A DNA stretch of 63,908 nucleotides, filler included, from Octopus bimaculoides (GCF_001194135.2; 5 parts of 5 records of this genome joined end to end with filler, not necessarily neighbours in it); one strand, 5' to 3'. Counted from the whole stretch's first letter, positions 50,637 to 63,908 are shown. A program made the numbers and translations. The notes: generated by a model not told the origin, from the letters alone.

Positions 50637-52039
50637 TGTAATGTTTATCAGAGATCACGGGCGTAAAAGTACATCTGCACAAAACTAAGTAAAGCAAGAG
50701 TGAATCAGTGACTGTTGAAGTATAAATATAAAACTGTAGAGAATGTATTAAATGCCCATTGCTTTTGTTTGTATGCATAGACATTTGCATGTGTGTGTGC
50801 ATAGATATATATATACATATACAAACATGCATATACTCATACATCCATATATATATATACATACAAATATATATGCTAATACATATACATGTGTGTGTAT
50901 GAATAAATAAATATAAGATCCAAGGATCAAGGTGTAGGAAGAAAGTTAGCTTCAAGCAGTGAATATTTAAAAAAAAAAAGAACAACTTTGAGGGACAAAA
51001 GTGGTTTATTGAAATGGAAGGTGGTGGATTTTTTTTTTTTTTTTTATCAAAGTACGATAAATTGAAAAAAGTTCTTTTTATATTTCACAGCAGGTATGCG
51101 AATAAGAATACAAGAGTTTAGGAATGGAGTAGGAAAGATCCTAGCTACATATGTTTCGTAGCAAGCAGAACATCAGAAGTGGTAAACATCCAAGCAACGA
51201 GTACACTGCTGGCTACTCATCAGGCCAAGGCCATCTTGATAAAAAGCACCATTTTCTATAGCCCTGGGTCAGCCCCTAACCTCGTGAGTGAAATTGAGTA
51301 GATCAGAGCTATAAAGCAGTCCTACTGGATAGATTGTATCTGTAATTGAAACAGATATTACAACCTTGACACGGTCACCGAGTCTCGTGTTATTTGTGTC
51401 TTAGATTCATGGAAGGTGTAAATGTGCTTGGCTGCTTAGATTGTGATTCAGGAGCAGATAACACAACTGGTGTTCATATGTTTATGTCCTTGTAACTTAG
51501 CAATCAGCAAAAGAGGTTGATAAAATAAGTACTAGACTTTCAAAAAATAAGCACAGGGGACGAGGCAGTCATTTAACTGAAAGTCTACAAGGCATTGCCC
51601 CAGTCTAATGGCTGAAACAAAACACGAAACATAAGATATATCCAAGTATACATACATACCCATATATATATGTGTGTGTGTGTGTATATATTTCAAGAGA
51701 ACTTTCCATACAGTGTGTGTGTTTGTGTGTGTGTTTGTGTGTGTGTGTTTGTGTGTGTGCACAAGGTGAAGACTGGATTAAGTTATTCTAAAAGTATATG
51801 GAGATTGATGGATATAAGAGGGTGGGTGAGCTGCTTCCAGAGAGGGAGAGAAAATAGGTAAATAAAAGAAAAGTAAGACTGCGGAGAAGAGGGGGGAGGG
51901 AAGAAGCATGATGAAGAAGGGAGAGAGAGAGAGGGGTGAAGCATGAAATAGAGAGACAAGAACGAAGTAGCAAAGGAGAGAGAGGGGAAACATACATGAA
52001 GTGGGAGAAAGCAGAAGAGACACAGATAGAGAGACAGCA

Positions 52040-52074
<35 letters not shown>

Positions 52075-52504
52075 GATACGAAAGAAGAGAGGGGCTAATC
52101 AAACAATCATTTGGTATTCAAGAGAAACTGACGGGGGGGGGGGGGACTCGCAAAGAGGCTACCAGACTACAGACTAAGGGGGTTGGGAGCTATGCTGCTG
52201 CTGTTGGCATGGTCTGTGTACTTATAATTCAACAGCTGAATTCGTTTAGCTCTCTGTAGGAGGCATGACCTAATTGCTGAGGAAGAGAATGGGGGTCGAT
52301 TGATGAATGAACTGCAAGGGAACAATGAGCCTTGGTGGTTTAGCCCTGGATCATTAACTATGATTGGGTGGAGGCACATGGCTCAGTGGTTAGGGTATTA
52401 GACTCATGATTCTAAGATTGCCGTTTCTTCTTCTTCGACTCTTGGACCAGGTGACATCATGTGCTCGCCACCTTTGAACACAGAATAACAATTCTTTCTA
52501 CCTA

Positions 52505-53290
52505 AAGGCACAAAGCCTGAAATTCGAGGGGAGGGGACTAGTCGATTACATTGACCCCAGTGCTCAACTTGTATTTACTTTATCAATCCTGAAAGGATGA
52601 AAAGCAAAGTCGACATTGGCGGAATTTGAACTCAGAACATCAAGATGGACGAAATACCACTAATATCACTAAGGGTGTGGCTGTGTGGCAAGAAGCTTGC
52701 TTCCCAGCTACATGGTTCTAGGTTCAGTCCCACTGTGTGGCACCTTGGACAAGCATCTTCCTCTATAGCCTCAGGCCAACCAAAGTCTTGTGAGTTGATT
52801 TGGTAAACGGAAACTGAAAGAAGCCCATCGTGTATGCACATATACATATATATATATGTAGTCGTGTGTGTGTCTGTGTTTGTCCCCCCACCCACCATCA
52901 CTTGACAACTGATGCTGATGTGTTTATGTTTCTGTAACTTAGCAGTTCGTTAAAAGATACCAATAGAATTAAGTACCAGGCTTACAAAGAATAAGTCCTG
53001 GGGTCGATTTCTTTGACTAAAACCCTTTAAGGCAGTGCTCCAGCATGGCCCACAGTCAAATGAGTGAAACAAGTAAAAGAACGAAATGTCACTTTTCCCT
53101 TTGCCATGTGCCATCAGTTGTCTCATCTGGAACTCTGGACATTATCAAACGCTGGGGTTCCCAACCATTTTCATCCTTTCGGGGTCGACTAAATAAGTAC
53201 CAGTTACGCACTGAGGGCAATGTAATCGACTTAATTCCTTTGTCTGTCCTTGTTTGTCCCTCTACGTTTAGCCCCTTGTGACCAATAAAG
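52505..53290. mobile_element. SINE pile-up: family B (-) 52505-52665, family A (+) 52674-53080, family B tail (+) 53150-53290
   Basis: Matches to the other copies in the window. Confidence 0.85.
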
Positions 53291-53583
53291 AAAGAAAGAA
53301 AGAAATATTCAGGCCAGATCTAAAACCAGGATCGTTTTAGGGAGCTGCACCAAAGAAAAAGCTAAACCCAAGTCAATTAAAACCCTTTGGGGGCTGCTGG
53401 AAGGAGGATTGGGGGCTGCAGTTGAATACAGTTGATTTTAGTGTGTAATTCTTTTTTTTTAAAGGCAGTTAAAGCAAGTGATTTCATGGAGACATAACTG
53501 CTATTTCTAGCAGATCAGATACACATACACACACACATATTTATGTATTTATATTTATATGCATATATCTGAGAGGGGGTAGA

Positions 53584-53628
<45 letters not shown>

Positions 53629-54154
53629 ATGAATATCATTGTCCATAAATGGTTAGAGTGAGGGAGATCGTTTTGAATCAGTGAACATTGGAGGAATGGA
53701 TAAGAGAGATTAGTAAGGTTAATCTGGGTTAGATAAGTTCAAAGCGAGGTTAATGTAGAGAAAGAGGGGACAGAGAGATAGAGACGAAAATAGATAGATA
53801 GATAGATAGATAAAGGAGACAGAGATAGAAAGAGAGACAGAAAGAGAGATATAGAGAAAGACAGAAAAAGGAGACAGAGAAAGCAGGGACAGAGAAAGAT
53901 ATATAGATAGATAGAAAGAGAGTAAAGAAGACTAAGAGAGGTGAGAATTTCTAGCAAGCAATTTTCTTTAATGCTAAAAATGTAATGTTTTAGTACCAGT
54001 TTGAGACACACTCAAACACACATGCACACACACACACACGCATGCACACACACACACGCACGCACACACACACATGTGAATTTGGAGGAGAGGTTTATTA
54101 AACCTTAACGAAAGTCTCATAGTGATGGGGGATGGAATAGGAAAACAAGGGGTT

Positions 54155-54194
<40 letters not shown>

Positions 54195-55219
54195 GTCTGT
54201 CTGTCAGAGAGTCTGTCTCTGTATCTAGCTAGCTGTCTATCTGTCTGGCAATCCATCCATCCTTCCATCCATTCATCCCATCCGTCTGTGTGTCTGTCTG
54301 TCTGTCTAAATATCTACCAACCTATCTATAATTTTATCTATCTCTGTATATGGACAGAAGGATGGATGGATGGGTAGACAGACAGACAGACAGAAAAAGA
54401 AAACGAATGAAAACGATAGAAAAAAACGATGATAGAAAGTAGTGTAGGAAAGAAAATAAAAAAAGAAAAATGAAGGAAATCAAGAAGAAAAAAGGGTGAA
54501 AGGAAGAAATAAATGAAAATGAAGACAAATAAAAAAAAAGAAGAAAAAAGAAAAGATAGAAAAATAAGGAGAAAGAGGAGGTAGAAGAATAAGGAGGGAA
54601 AAAAGAGAGAAAAACAACACAATGAAGGAAAAAAAAATATGGATGACTGAGTAAGAAGAGAATTTAAAAGGGATTTTTGCTATAGTTAGCCTTGCCTCTA
54701 AATTTCCATTGACCAATTTTAGAATATTACTGACCAACATCTGTGGTCAAATATCTCCAGTGACTGAAATAGCAATGGTTTAAGCCTGCAATTTACATTT
54801 TCAGTTGATCTGTGGTATGATAGGGTCAAGTATTAATTGAGTGGTGTCTGGTGTGGGCCGTGTGGTGTCCGGTATTTAGGTGGACAGAGGGGAGACGCAT
54901 TTTCCGCTGGTGACCAAAACAGGAAAAAACAACAACCTTACTTTAGATATTTTAAATTAGTAATAATTCATACCTTCTTGTAAAGACGGTGTAGATGTGT
55001 ATGTGTGTGTGTGTGTACATAGGCATGGCTGTGTGGTAAGTAGCTTGCTTCCCAATCACATGGTTCTGGGTTCAATCCCACTGCATGGCACCTTGGGTAA
55101 GTGTCTTCTACTATAGCCTTGTTCCAACCAAAGCCTTGTGAGTGGATTTCATAGACGGAAACTGAAAGAAGCTCATTATATGTGTGTGTGTGTTTGTGTT
55201 TGTCTCCCACCATCAGTTG

Positions 55220-55262
<43 letters not shown>

Positions 55263-55884
55263 TTTCTGGGAATGGTGACATCAACAATATTTATGTATGT
55301 ATGTGTGTGCATATGTATCAGATCATCATTTAGCATCTGGTGAAAGAGAGAGAGAGGGGGGAGGAGGGAGAGAGAGAGAGATGTAGTTATCATGGTTTAA
55401 ACACCAAGCTGAAATACTAATCCACAACAAATAACAACAAACATAGAAACAGAAAAATGATCTGGTTTAACCCTCCCAATATGCTTAACTCTAATCAGTA
55501 TGCACTCCTCTTGCTTTGCACACAAAAATTCTGTTAAGGGTAGTTATAGATGTATGGGTAACATACTTGATGGAAAATCTCTAAACATAGCCAAGAAAGT
55601 ATAAATATCAGACAATATCAAAGACATGATTTGATGCCCTTTGAATAGAGAATGCCAGTTGAAAGAAATAGTTTACAGACCAGATGTACAACTACCTAGC
55701 AGACTGTATTGAAAAAACGGAAGCACACACACATATCAGGTTAACTGGAAACATCTTTAAACCTAAATTCACATATCACATACATTTGTTCAGATCCAAA
55801 AATAACTAAAGTAACTATGCAGAGCAGATCTAGTATTGACAGACCATACTGTAGAAATGCACATCAGGTTAACTGAGAACATGT

Positions 55885-56160
55885 CCTCAGAACATGTCCT
55901 CAGTGGTTACAGCCCATGTTTCACTGCCGTGTAGCATAGCTGTTCGCACACAGGCATCATATAATCTGCCTTTCACTCTGAGAGAGAGGCTCTTTGTTAC
56001 CGGTAGAGGTAGGAGCTCTCGGAACTTTACCCAGCCTGTATTTAAAAAATCTACATCCCTCTGCCAAACCGTATTGAGCCAGTGTGAGCTCAAATGCATG
56101 GTCTCCACATCAAACCATGGTTGAATTGAGTGAACATTCTGAGGCCTTCATCCTACAGTG
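55885..56160 (-). mobile_element. RTE-clade LINE RT C-terminal fragment
   Basis: GWVKFRELLPL...LSLRVKGRLYDACVRTAMLHGSETW is typical of RTE ORF2. Confidence 0.85.
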
Positions 56161-57016
56161 GACTGAATATAGGCAACCCAATCCAATCCAATTATTGTCT
56201 AATAATATACTGAATAATATACTAAATATATTGTCAAATAATTAACTGAAATAAGAAAAGAATTTAAATGTTTTATCATGTCTTTTTAGTTTGTAGCTAA
56301 TTCATACAATTAAGTGTGAAATATATTTGTTTATCAATTGTGGATATATTGATAGAAAATTGCAATGTAACTTCACAGCACAACTAAAACAAAATTATAA
56401 AAAGAATCTGAAAAGAAAACAAGATAAAATGCCCTCTCATACCAAGCAAAGTTAATTACCAGGTGGCTATTTGTCTCTACAAAGCTTGCAATCCAGTGTG
56501 CCCGTCTTTGCTTGTTTACTACTGACCCACCAACTTAAATTTCAATGTGAAAGAGTGTAAATTCTTTCTTTTTCTTTTCCATGGATAAAGACAAAGTTTC
56601 AAATATACCTTTAAGACGGCAAAAAGTATTTTTTTAAAGTTTTGTTGAATTTTCCCTTCCTCTGCCAAACACTTTACATATTTGCTGATTTTTTGAAGGA
56701 TAGATGAGAAAGTAACCCCATGATAAAATGGAGCACTTTCACATTAATTTCACAAGCAGCTGTTCCATTGACCAAATCAACTGGAACTCTGGTCATCATA
56801 ACTGGCAAAGTACCAGTAGTATAAACGTATGTATGGCAGGCTTCTTTCAGTTTCTGTCTGACAGATCCACTCACAAGGTTTTGGTTGGCCAAGGCTATAG
56901 AAGAAGACACTTGCCCAATGTGAGACTGAACTTGAAACCAAGCGGTTGGGAAGCAGACTTCTTAATCACACATAGCCAGGGATTTAAAGCCTCTGTCTGT
57001 CTGTCTGTCTGTCTGT

Positions 57017-57059
<43 letters not shown>

Positions 57060-57233
57060 TGGCAGACAGGCAGTGTTGCATTCTATCAGCAAATAGGGTT
57101 TTCTCTCATCTACTCCAGGTAACAAGAAACATGGCTACTAATCTTCTTAACAGAGACACTATTGAAGTTTTTTTTGAAAATATTTATCAATTTTTCTTCA
57201 TTTATTTTTATGCTTCTGTACCCATTCCTTCAC

Positions 57234-57264
<31 letters not shown>

Positions 57265-57494
57265 CTCTTTCCTCTGCACTAGCACTGCATATCCTGTGCA
57301 CTGAACAACACACTGTCTCATGATGCGTGAATCCTGCAGTATAAAATTCCAAGTTTAATTGCCAAAATATGTCAATTACATATACATTCATATATGTCAA
57401 TTACAAATAGATTAAACATGTTATATAACATTATATAACGCACCAACACATACACGCACATATCTATCTATATGTTGGGTAATGCTGGGTAATA

Positions 57495-57700
57495 GCTTCA
57501 GCTTTTGAGCTGCGACCATGCTGGGGCACCGCCATTAACTTTGCTACACCTTCAGTACTTGAAACTTCCTTTGAAATGTGACATTTGGTGAATGAGGGAG
57601 TTTCACGCTGGGGCCCTCATCTGCATTTTCTGACATGAGGTAGGCTCATCTGGAACTGTTGACAGAAGGAGATCCAGCTTTGTTCTGAAAACACCTCTAT
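57495..57700 (-). mobile_element. CR1/L2-like LINE 3' end, second copy
   Basis: Aligns by eye with 27126-27330. Confidence 0.75.
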
Positions 57701-57747
<47 letters not shown>

Positions 57748-59084
57748 CCTTGATAGGTAGTGGGTAGCGATTTCCTTCACTACTTCAGGGAGTGACGACC
57801 CTGCCTGACACGAGTCCCGGGTTCAGCTGGCCCCAGCTGACAGTACCCGGTATGGGCCCCTATCCAGGGTTACGGAAAGGAGACAACCTTCAAAGAAATC
57901 CGGAGTGGAGCCCCATAGGCGGTTTAGTGTTCGACTTGACACTCTTCTGGCAGCTCCTGCAACCAAGCTGGTGCCCAACATAATGCTCTGCACTCCTTTG
58001 GACTACGTCAGCAAGGTCAAGAGAGGAATCCTGATGATTGGGCTACCCAGGATTTTCTTACATCTAACCGAGGCCCGCACAAAACTGGAGATCTCTTGGC
58101 AAACATACATGATTGCAAACATTGCTTTCCCCATTCGTTACACTAGCCGTGCGTTTTCAAGCAGCATGCTTAAATTCTTCATGAAGAATACGTGCTCTTT
58201 CAAAGGTATCGACTCCCTCCTTTACCTGTTCCCTCCATCCATGGCAATGACAAGCACTGCTCTCCCAGTCAGCCTCCTGCATTTCACAGGCCTATAATGA
58301 GGACTTACATAGATATGTACATACACACATTTAAACATGTGAGTGTGTGTATGTATGTGTATACACTCACACACAGACACACATATATGCAAATGCATGA
58401 TGTATAAAAATAATTATTGATTAGTTTTTGGTAAAACAGACATTCCACGGTCCATTTGGATTCCTTTTTAAGCTAAAACATTCCAATGAGGTTTATTGTT
58501 CACAAATGCAATTAAGAAATAAAATTAAATGATGACCTCTACAGAGGTGATGAATATATATTGCTTAATATAAATAGAATTAAATGACTCCTGTTACCTG
58601 CTAATATTGATTGGCCTCAGGTCGGTCTTGATCAAAGAGAGGAGACATATAAAATTTGTTTTAGTTCATCATTCTCCTCTACATCATCATTTTAATGCCT
58701 ACTTTTCCATGTTTGCATGGGTTAGAGAGTTTTTTGAGGCAAACTTTCTCCAGCTGGATGCATTCCCTATCACCAACCCTCACCTGCTCCCAAGCAAGGT
58801 AATTAAGATTGGCAGCAGGAAGAGCACCCAGCCATAAAAAAATCTGCCGCAGTAAATTCCGTCCAACCCATACAAGCATGGAAAAGTGGATGTTAAAAAA
58901 ATTTTGATGATAATGATGGTTTGTGAATTTAAGTCACCCTGCAATTTACCTATTTACAGCCAGGTAGGTGCTGCTGTCCAGCAGGTGAGTTTTGATTATT
59001 AGGTGTCTTGATTACAGGTAATAATCATACATCTGATTTGGTGATATGATAGGAAATTCTCCTGTAAACTTCAACATAGGCCCA

Positions 59085-59470
59085 GGAGTGGCCTATGTGG
59101 TAAGTACCTTGCTTACCAACCACATGGTTCTGCGTTCAGTTCCACAGCATGGCACCTTGGACAAGTGTCTTCTACTATAGCCTCGGGCCAACCAAAGCCT
59201 TGTGAGTGGATGTGGTTGACGGAAACTGAAAGAAGCCCGTTGTTTATATGAATACGTGTGTGTGTGTGTGTGTGTTTTCTCCCCACCATCGCTTGACAAC
59301 CGATGTTGGTGTGTTTACGTCCCCTGTAACTTAGCGGTTCGGTAAAAGAGACCGATAGAATAAGTACTAGGCATCCAAAGAATAAGTCCTGGGGTCGATT
59401 TGCTCGACTAAAGGCGGTGCTCCAGCATGGCCGCAGTCAAATGACTGAAACAAGTAAAAGAGTAAAAGAG
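59085..59470 (+). mobile_element. Full-length tRNA-headed SINE family A with internal (GT)n spacer
   Basis: tRNA-like head with A box (TGGCC..TGTGG) and B-box-like GGTTCTGCGTTCAGT. The body has two parts and the tail ends (AGTAAAAG)n. Confidence 0.9.
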
Positions 59471-59912
59471 TACTCTAGGCATTGATTTAAATATATCTGC
59501 CCTAAGCATACAAACACAAATTTTACTTTATAGGGTGACGTGGGGTGGGTTTCGCTGGGGCGCTTTTCACAATGTGGGGTTCCCAAAATAAAACGATAAG
59601 AAAAAAATTACTAGTATTTTTGTTTTAATGACAGAGAAAAATTACCAAATTTGCTTCCAACTGTGTTAAAAAAAGTCAACAACAGATATCTTTGCTAAGC
59701 ATAAAACCCAGAAATAAAAATTAACAAGAGACCCTGTTTTCGTGCTAGAAATAACAGGTAAAGCTACCGCCTCATCCACCCTCTTGGTTAATGAAGTCTT
59801 AGATACATTGGGTAATGTATCATAGAAGGACTGCATTATATGAAATATCTTTCCCTCTATTTTTTTGGGGGGGACCGCAAAAGAGTGAACTGAGGTGATT
59901 TTGACTGTTATT

Positions 59913-59950
59913 ACTAGCATGTCGAACGACCTCGTAGAAGCGCTGTCGTT
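59913..59950 (-). mobile_element. Probable Helitron 3' terminus
   Basis: Minus strand has an AACGAC...GTCGTT hairpin, then 7 nt, then CTAG|T. Confidence 0.4.
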
Positions 59951-60449
59951 TGGCTAATGTTTTACAACTGGTGATGGTATGTTTGATAAAGTTAGTCATG
60001 GCTGTTACTATTCCGTCGTTTTATTCAGACGAATACCAAGCGATTTTGTGGGTGGGGAATTTTCTATTTTAATATTAATTATTATATTTCATTAATTTAA
60101 TTACGAAGCCCTTCACAAAGAATTAGACATATTTACTGCTGAATAATGCATTATACCTTTTTCACAAAAGGAGTAGCGAGCTTACGTGGAAGCTTCTACG
60201 TGGTCTCTAGATCTGCTAAAAATAGCAAGTGAACTCCCTCAAATCAAGCCTTAACGTTTTAGAAAAGGACGCGTTTGGTAATGTGGTTGAGGGTTCAGTG
60301 CGTGTTGAAAAANNNNNNNNNNNNNNNNNNNNNNNNNNNNNNNNNNNNNNNNNNNNTTAATTAATTAANNNNNNNNNNNNNNNNNNNNNNNNNNNNNNNN
60401 NNNNNNNNNNNNAAATGAGGGTTGCTAAATCAAACTCCATTCTTCACCA

Positions 60450-60969
60450 AGTGCCACATATATATATAAAAATATATATAAAAATAAACATGTATAAATA
60501 TATATAGTTATAAATAAATATGAATAAATATATATATAAATAAATATATAAAAATAAATAAATGAATATATATATAATTAAATATAAATATATAAATACA
60601 TATACATAAAAAATATATATAAATAAATATATATATAAATAAATATATACATAAATAAATATATTATATATATATAAATAAATATACATAAATAAATATA
60701 TATAAATAAATATATATAAATAAATAAATATATAAATAAATATATATAGATAAATATATATATAAATGAATATATATACAATTGAATATATATAAATAAA
60801 TAAATATATATAAATAAATATATACATAAATAAATATATGTATATAAATATATATATAAATTAATATATATTAATAAATATATATATAAATAAATATATA
60901 TATAAATAAATATATATAGAAATACATATATATATAAATAAATATATGTAAATAAATATGTATAAATAA

Positions 60970-61000
<31 letters not shown>

Positions 61001-61053
61001 AATAAATACAAATAAATATATATATAAACAAATACAAATAAATATATATATAA

Positions 61054-61084
<31 letters not shown>

Positions 61085-61490
61085 AACAAATAAATATATA
61101 TAAATAATTATATATAAATAAATATATATATAAATAAATATATATGAATATATGAATATATATAAATAAATAAATATATATAAATACAATTAAACCTAAA
61201 TACAATTAAAGGACTGAACCAGTGCGTGTGTTTATTACCGGCATAATGCCTCTCCCAAGGTTTAATTGTATTTCTTTCAACACACGTATCCACATCAATA
61301 ATCTTGCACACGAAATACACATACGAAATCTATATAAATAAATATATATAAATAAATAAACATATATAAATAAATATGTATATAAATAAATATATATATA
61401 AATAAATATATATATAAATAAATGTATATATCAATAAATATATATATATAAATAAATATATGTAAATAAATATGTATAAATAAATATATN
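60450..61490. repeat. Degenerate (ATAAAT/AT)n low-complexity array with a small MITE-like insert at 61182-61273
   Basis: Direct reading. The insert has 16-bp inverted ends AAATACAATTAAACCT / AGGTTTAATTGTATTT. Confidence 0.85.
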
Positions 61491-61676
61491 NNNNNNNNNN
61501 NNNNNNNNNNNNNNNNNNNNNNNNNNNNNNNNNTTAATTAATTAANNNNNNNNNNNNNNNNNNNNNNNNNNNNNNNNNNNNNNNNNNNNTATATTTATAT
61601 ATGCAATTAAAAAAACAAACGACACGAGGACGTGAACAAGAAAGGTATTAGCTTGATGCTCGGTGAAAGGATAGAG

Positions 61677-61710
61677 TTTGACGTTTCGAGCACAATTATT
61701 CGTCGGAAAA
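61677..61710 (-). ncRNA. Degenerate hammerhead-like motif (loopless ACGU stem III)
   Basis: Minus strand UUUU-CCGACGA-auaauugugcuc-GAAACGUC-AAA. The core has U4>C and stem II is unpaired. Confidence 0.35.
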
Positions 61711-63003
61711 GAGAAAGGGAAAAATCCAAAGGAGAAGAAATCGCCAACGCCACGTGTGTAGTTACATTGCTGAAGTGATCGGAAGTAGAAAGAGAAAGTG
61801 TTTTTTTTTTGACAGGAGAGGGTCAGTATGTGTGCGTGTATGTGGTAGTATATGTGTGCATTTGTGTTTGTGTGAGTAGTATGTGTGTGCATGTGTTTGT
61901 GTATCTGCATATATGTGTATTTGTGCATGTGTCAGTCACCTGGTAGGTCAGTGGCGTGCATGTGTGTTTGTGTTTGTGCGAGTAGTATGTGTTTGTGTCA
62001 GTCACCGAGCAGGTCAGTGGAGACAGTCGAAAGAGGTGAAAAGTCTGTGAGTGGGTAGGTGTATATACAATTGTATTGTATAATGCCGAGCATCTATACT
62101 ATAACGGAGAAAACTGCCTATTAATTAGGTATGTAACAATTACTAGAAGTATTAAAAGAAAGCAATTATTAAAGGGTTCACGGTCTGGAAATATCTTAAT
62201 AAATTCATGTTCTAAGACATTTCCTATTTCGATTTCTAAAGTTTATTGAATGTGCTAGAAGCAACAGACAAATCGCCCGAAATCACTCACTTTTCGCTCT
62301 GATAATATTAACAATTAAAAAAGAGTTTTTTTCTTTTACTGAAAATGGTCTTCCCATGGTTTTGAAGTGCCAAAAGAAATTGGCCAAAATAAGTCCGAAG
62401 TGGGATGATGAAGTGGAGGGAGGGGGAGTAAAAAAGAGTTTTCAAAACTTTTTCTATACAAAGATGCCTTCCCACAACCCCATCATTTCGAAGGCTGTGG
62501 CTTAAAAAAAAATGGGGAAAATCCTCGAAAACCTTTTCCCCACAAATTTCTTTATAATCGTAAACTATGCCGTTTGAAAGGGATTTGTATAAATTTTCAT
62601 TAAAAGATACCCGTCTTCCTGAAAGTTATGAGGGAAAAGTCAGATCGTGTGAATTTTCCAAAACTCCTCTCTCCAGCCTCTCGGAAAAATTATTTCCCAT
62701 AAATCTNNNNNNNNNNNNNNNNNNNNNNNNNNNNNNNNNNNNNNNNNNNNTTAATTAATTAANNNNNNNNNNNNNNNNNNNNNNNNNNNNNNNNNNNNNN
62801 NNNNNNATGTGATCTCAAATTTTAAAGCAAACACATAATTTTCTTATGGTTTCTTAAACATTCACTTGAACAAAACTGTACAAATCCAAATGTATGGTAC
62901 TCCAGGCATAACACCTACATGAACTTCTAACTTGTTGTCTCTTGAGGTCTCTGGGTGAGACTTGGATCCAACTTGTACAAATGCAAAACAAAAGTCAAAC
63001 ATA

Positions 63004-63088
<85 letters not shown>

Positions 63089-63615
63089 TGCTCTGATGCG
63101 GAACCAAGCGATTGGAAGTTCTATCATGTACATTGTTTTGTCTTGGTATAAAAGATGGTCTACATCAAATATTCTGCTCAATACCACAGATTTGCTTGTC
63201 AGTTGTATGACCTTAACCAGTTGAGCATTCCCTTAGTGGCTGACGAAATGTGCATCTTTGTGACCATCAGATGTAGTGGGAGCGCATCATAGCCATGTAA
63301 TGAGAGGAATTCTTTGGAGTTTAAATACTTCACCTCTGGAAACATGGAAATTTCGTTCAACCTCATTAAGCAACCATTATTCAGGGACCTTTCGAGTGCG
63401 ATAGGCTACTCAACCTGAAAACATTTCTATCTGGGCCCCCACTACCCTGCAAATCCATGACCTGTTTATCTCGATATGAGACCACCATGCTGTACATATG
63501 GTTGTGATTCATGTGCCTGGTGTACCCTTATGAGACGGGGAGTCGGGATGAGTATACCGAGTTTCGTATATTTTATCCCAGTGTCACTTTGATGTCATGC
63601 ATTCCTCTCTCACTC
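63089..63615. repeat. ~530-bp unclassified interspersed element embedded between (AAT)n tracts
   Basis: Complex non-coding sequence bounded by long (AAT)n on both sides. Class not determined. Confidence 0.5.
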
Positions 63616-63634
63616 AATAATAGTAATAATAATG

Positions 63635-63730
<96 letters not shown>

Positions 63731-63772
63731 GTGTTTATTATTATTATTATGATGATGATGATGATGATGATG

Positions 63773-63838
<66 letters not shown>

Positions 63839-63852
63839 TATTTGATAAAAAT

Positions 63853-63908
63853 ATAAATCATCTCATTTACATGGATGATTTAAAGCTCTTTGCAAAAAAT
63901 GACCAACA
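63853..63908 (+). mobile_element. R4/Dong-like RT fragment starting after (AAT)n, running off the window
   Basis: INHLIYMDDLKLFAKNDQ contains the YMDD RT motif C in the HL.YMDDLKL context typical of R4/Dong-like elements. Confidence 0.75.

Noticed and set aside
52150-52380. Complex minus-strand ORF as candidate PTRH1 exon 1
   Set aside because: No phase-0 donor in the open frame and no recognisable homology; left unresolved.
29459-62762. Identical TTAATTAATTAA islands between short N runs (29459-29470, ~60357, ~61534, ~62751)
   Set aside because: The fixed motif with symmetric N padding and stops in all frames indicates an assembly/scaffolding linker, not biology.
63195-63260. Possible HDV-like ribozyme (GTCAGTT/GGCTGAC pairing)
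   Set aside because: P3 and P1.1 could not be formed convincingly.
3067-63861. Many YI/VC/HT/poly-I or poly-M ORFs
   Set aside because: Translations of microsatellites and purine/pyrimidine tracts, with no coding signal.
1-63908. CRISPR arrays, operons or other prokaryotic systems
   Set aside because: No repeat-spacer arrays and no gene-dense prokaryotic sequence.

Overview
This is eukaryotic, AT-rich, microsatellite-dense metazoan DNA with about 15 N-gaps; there is no prokaryotic content. The repeat families look like those of a coleoid cephalopod such as Octopus (inference from recalled repeat content, not a database hit). All structures below were read and folded by eye. Host genes: (1) a large first coding exon of a phospholipase C-like (PLCL/PRIP) gene on the minus strand (18209-19274), with the diagnostic RRSSIIK...RKKTVSFSSMP motif; (2) three exons of a peptidyl-tRNA hydrolase (PTRH1-like) gene on the minus strand (41418-44311), with the GHNG exon probably hidden in a gap and substitutions at two normally conserved Asn positions; (3) an unidentified two-exon, frame-preserving ORF on the plus strand (29675-30157) that is absent from the ORF track. 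Most of the rest is decayed transposons: Penelope-like elements (PLEs), RTE, CR1/L2-like and R4/Dong-like LINEs, mariner, hAT, Helitron, MITEs and several tRNA-headed SINEs. The most notable hidden layer is about a dozen minimal type I hammerhead ribozyme (HHR) motifs from several unrelated sequence contexts. One lies in a ~356-bp tandem unit resembling a non-LTR retrozyme. Two lie in the sense strand of host-gene introns (one in PLCL, and probably one in PTRH1).
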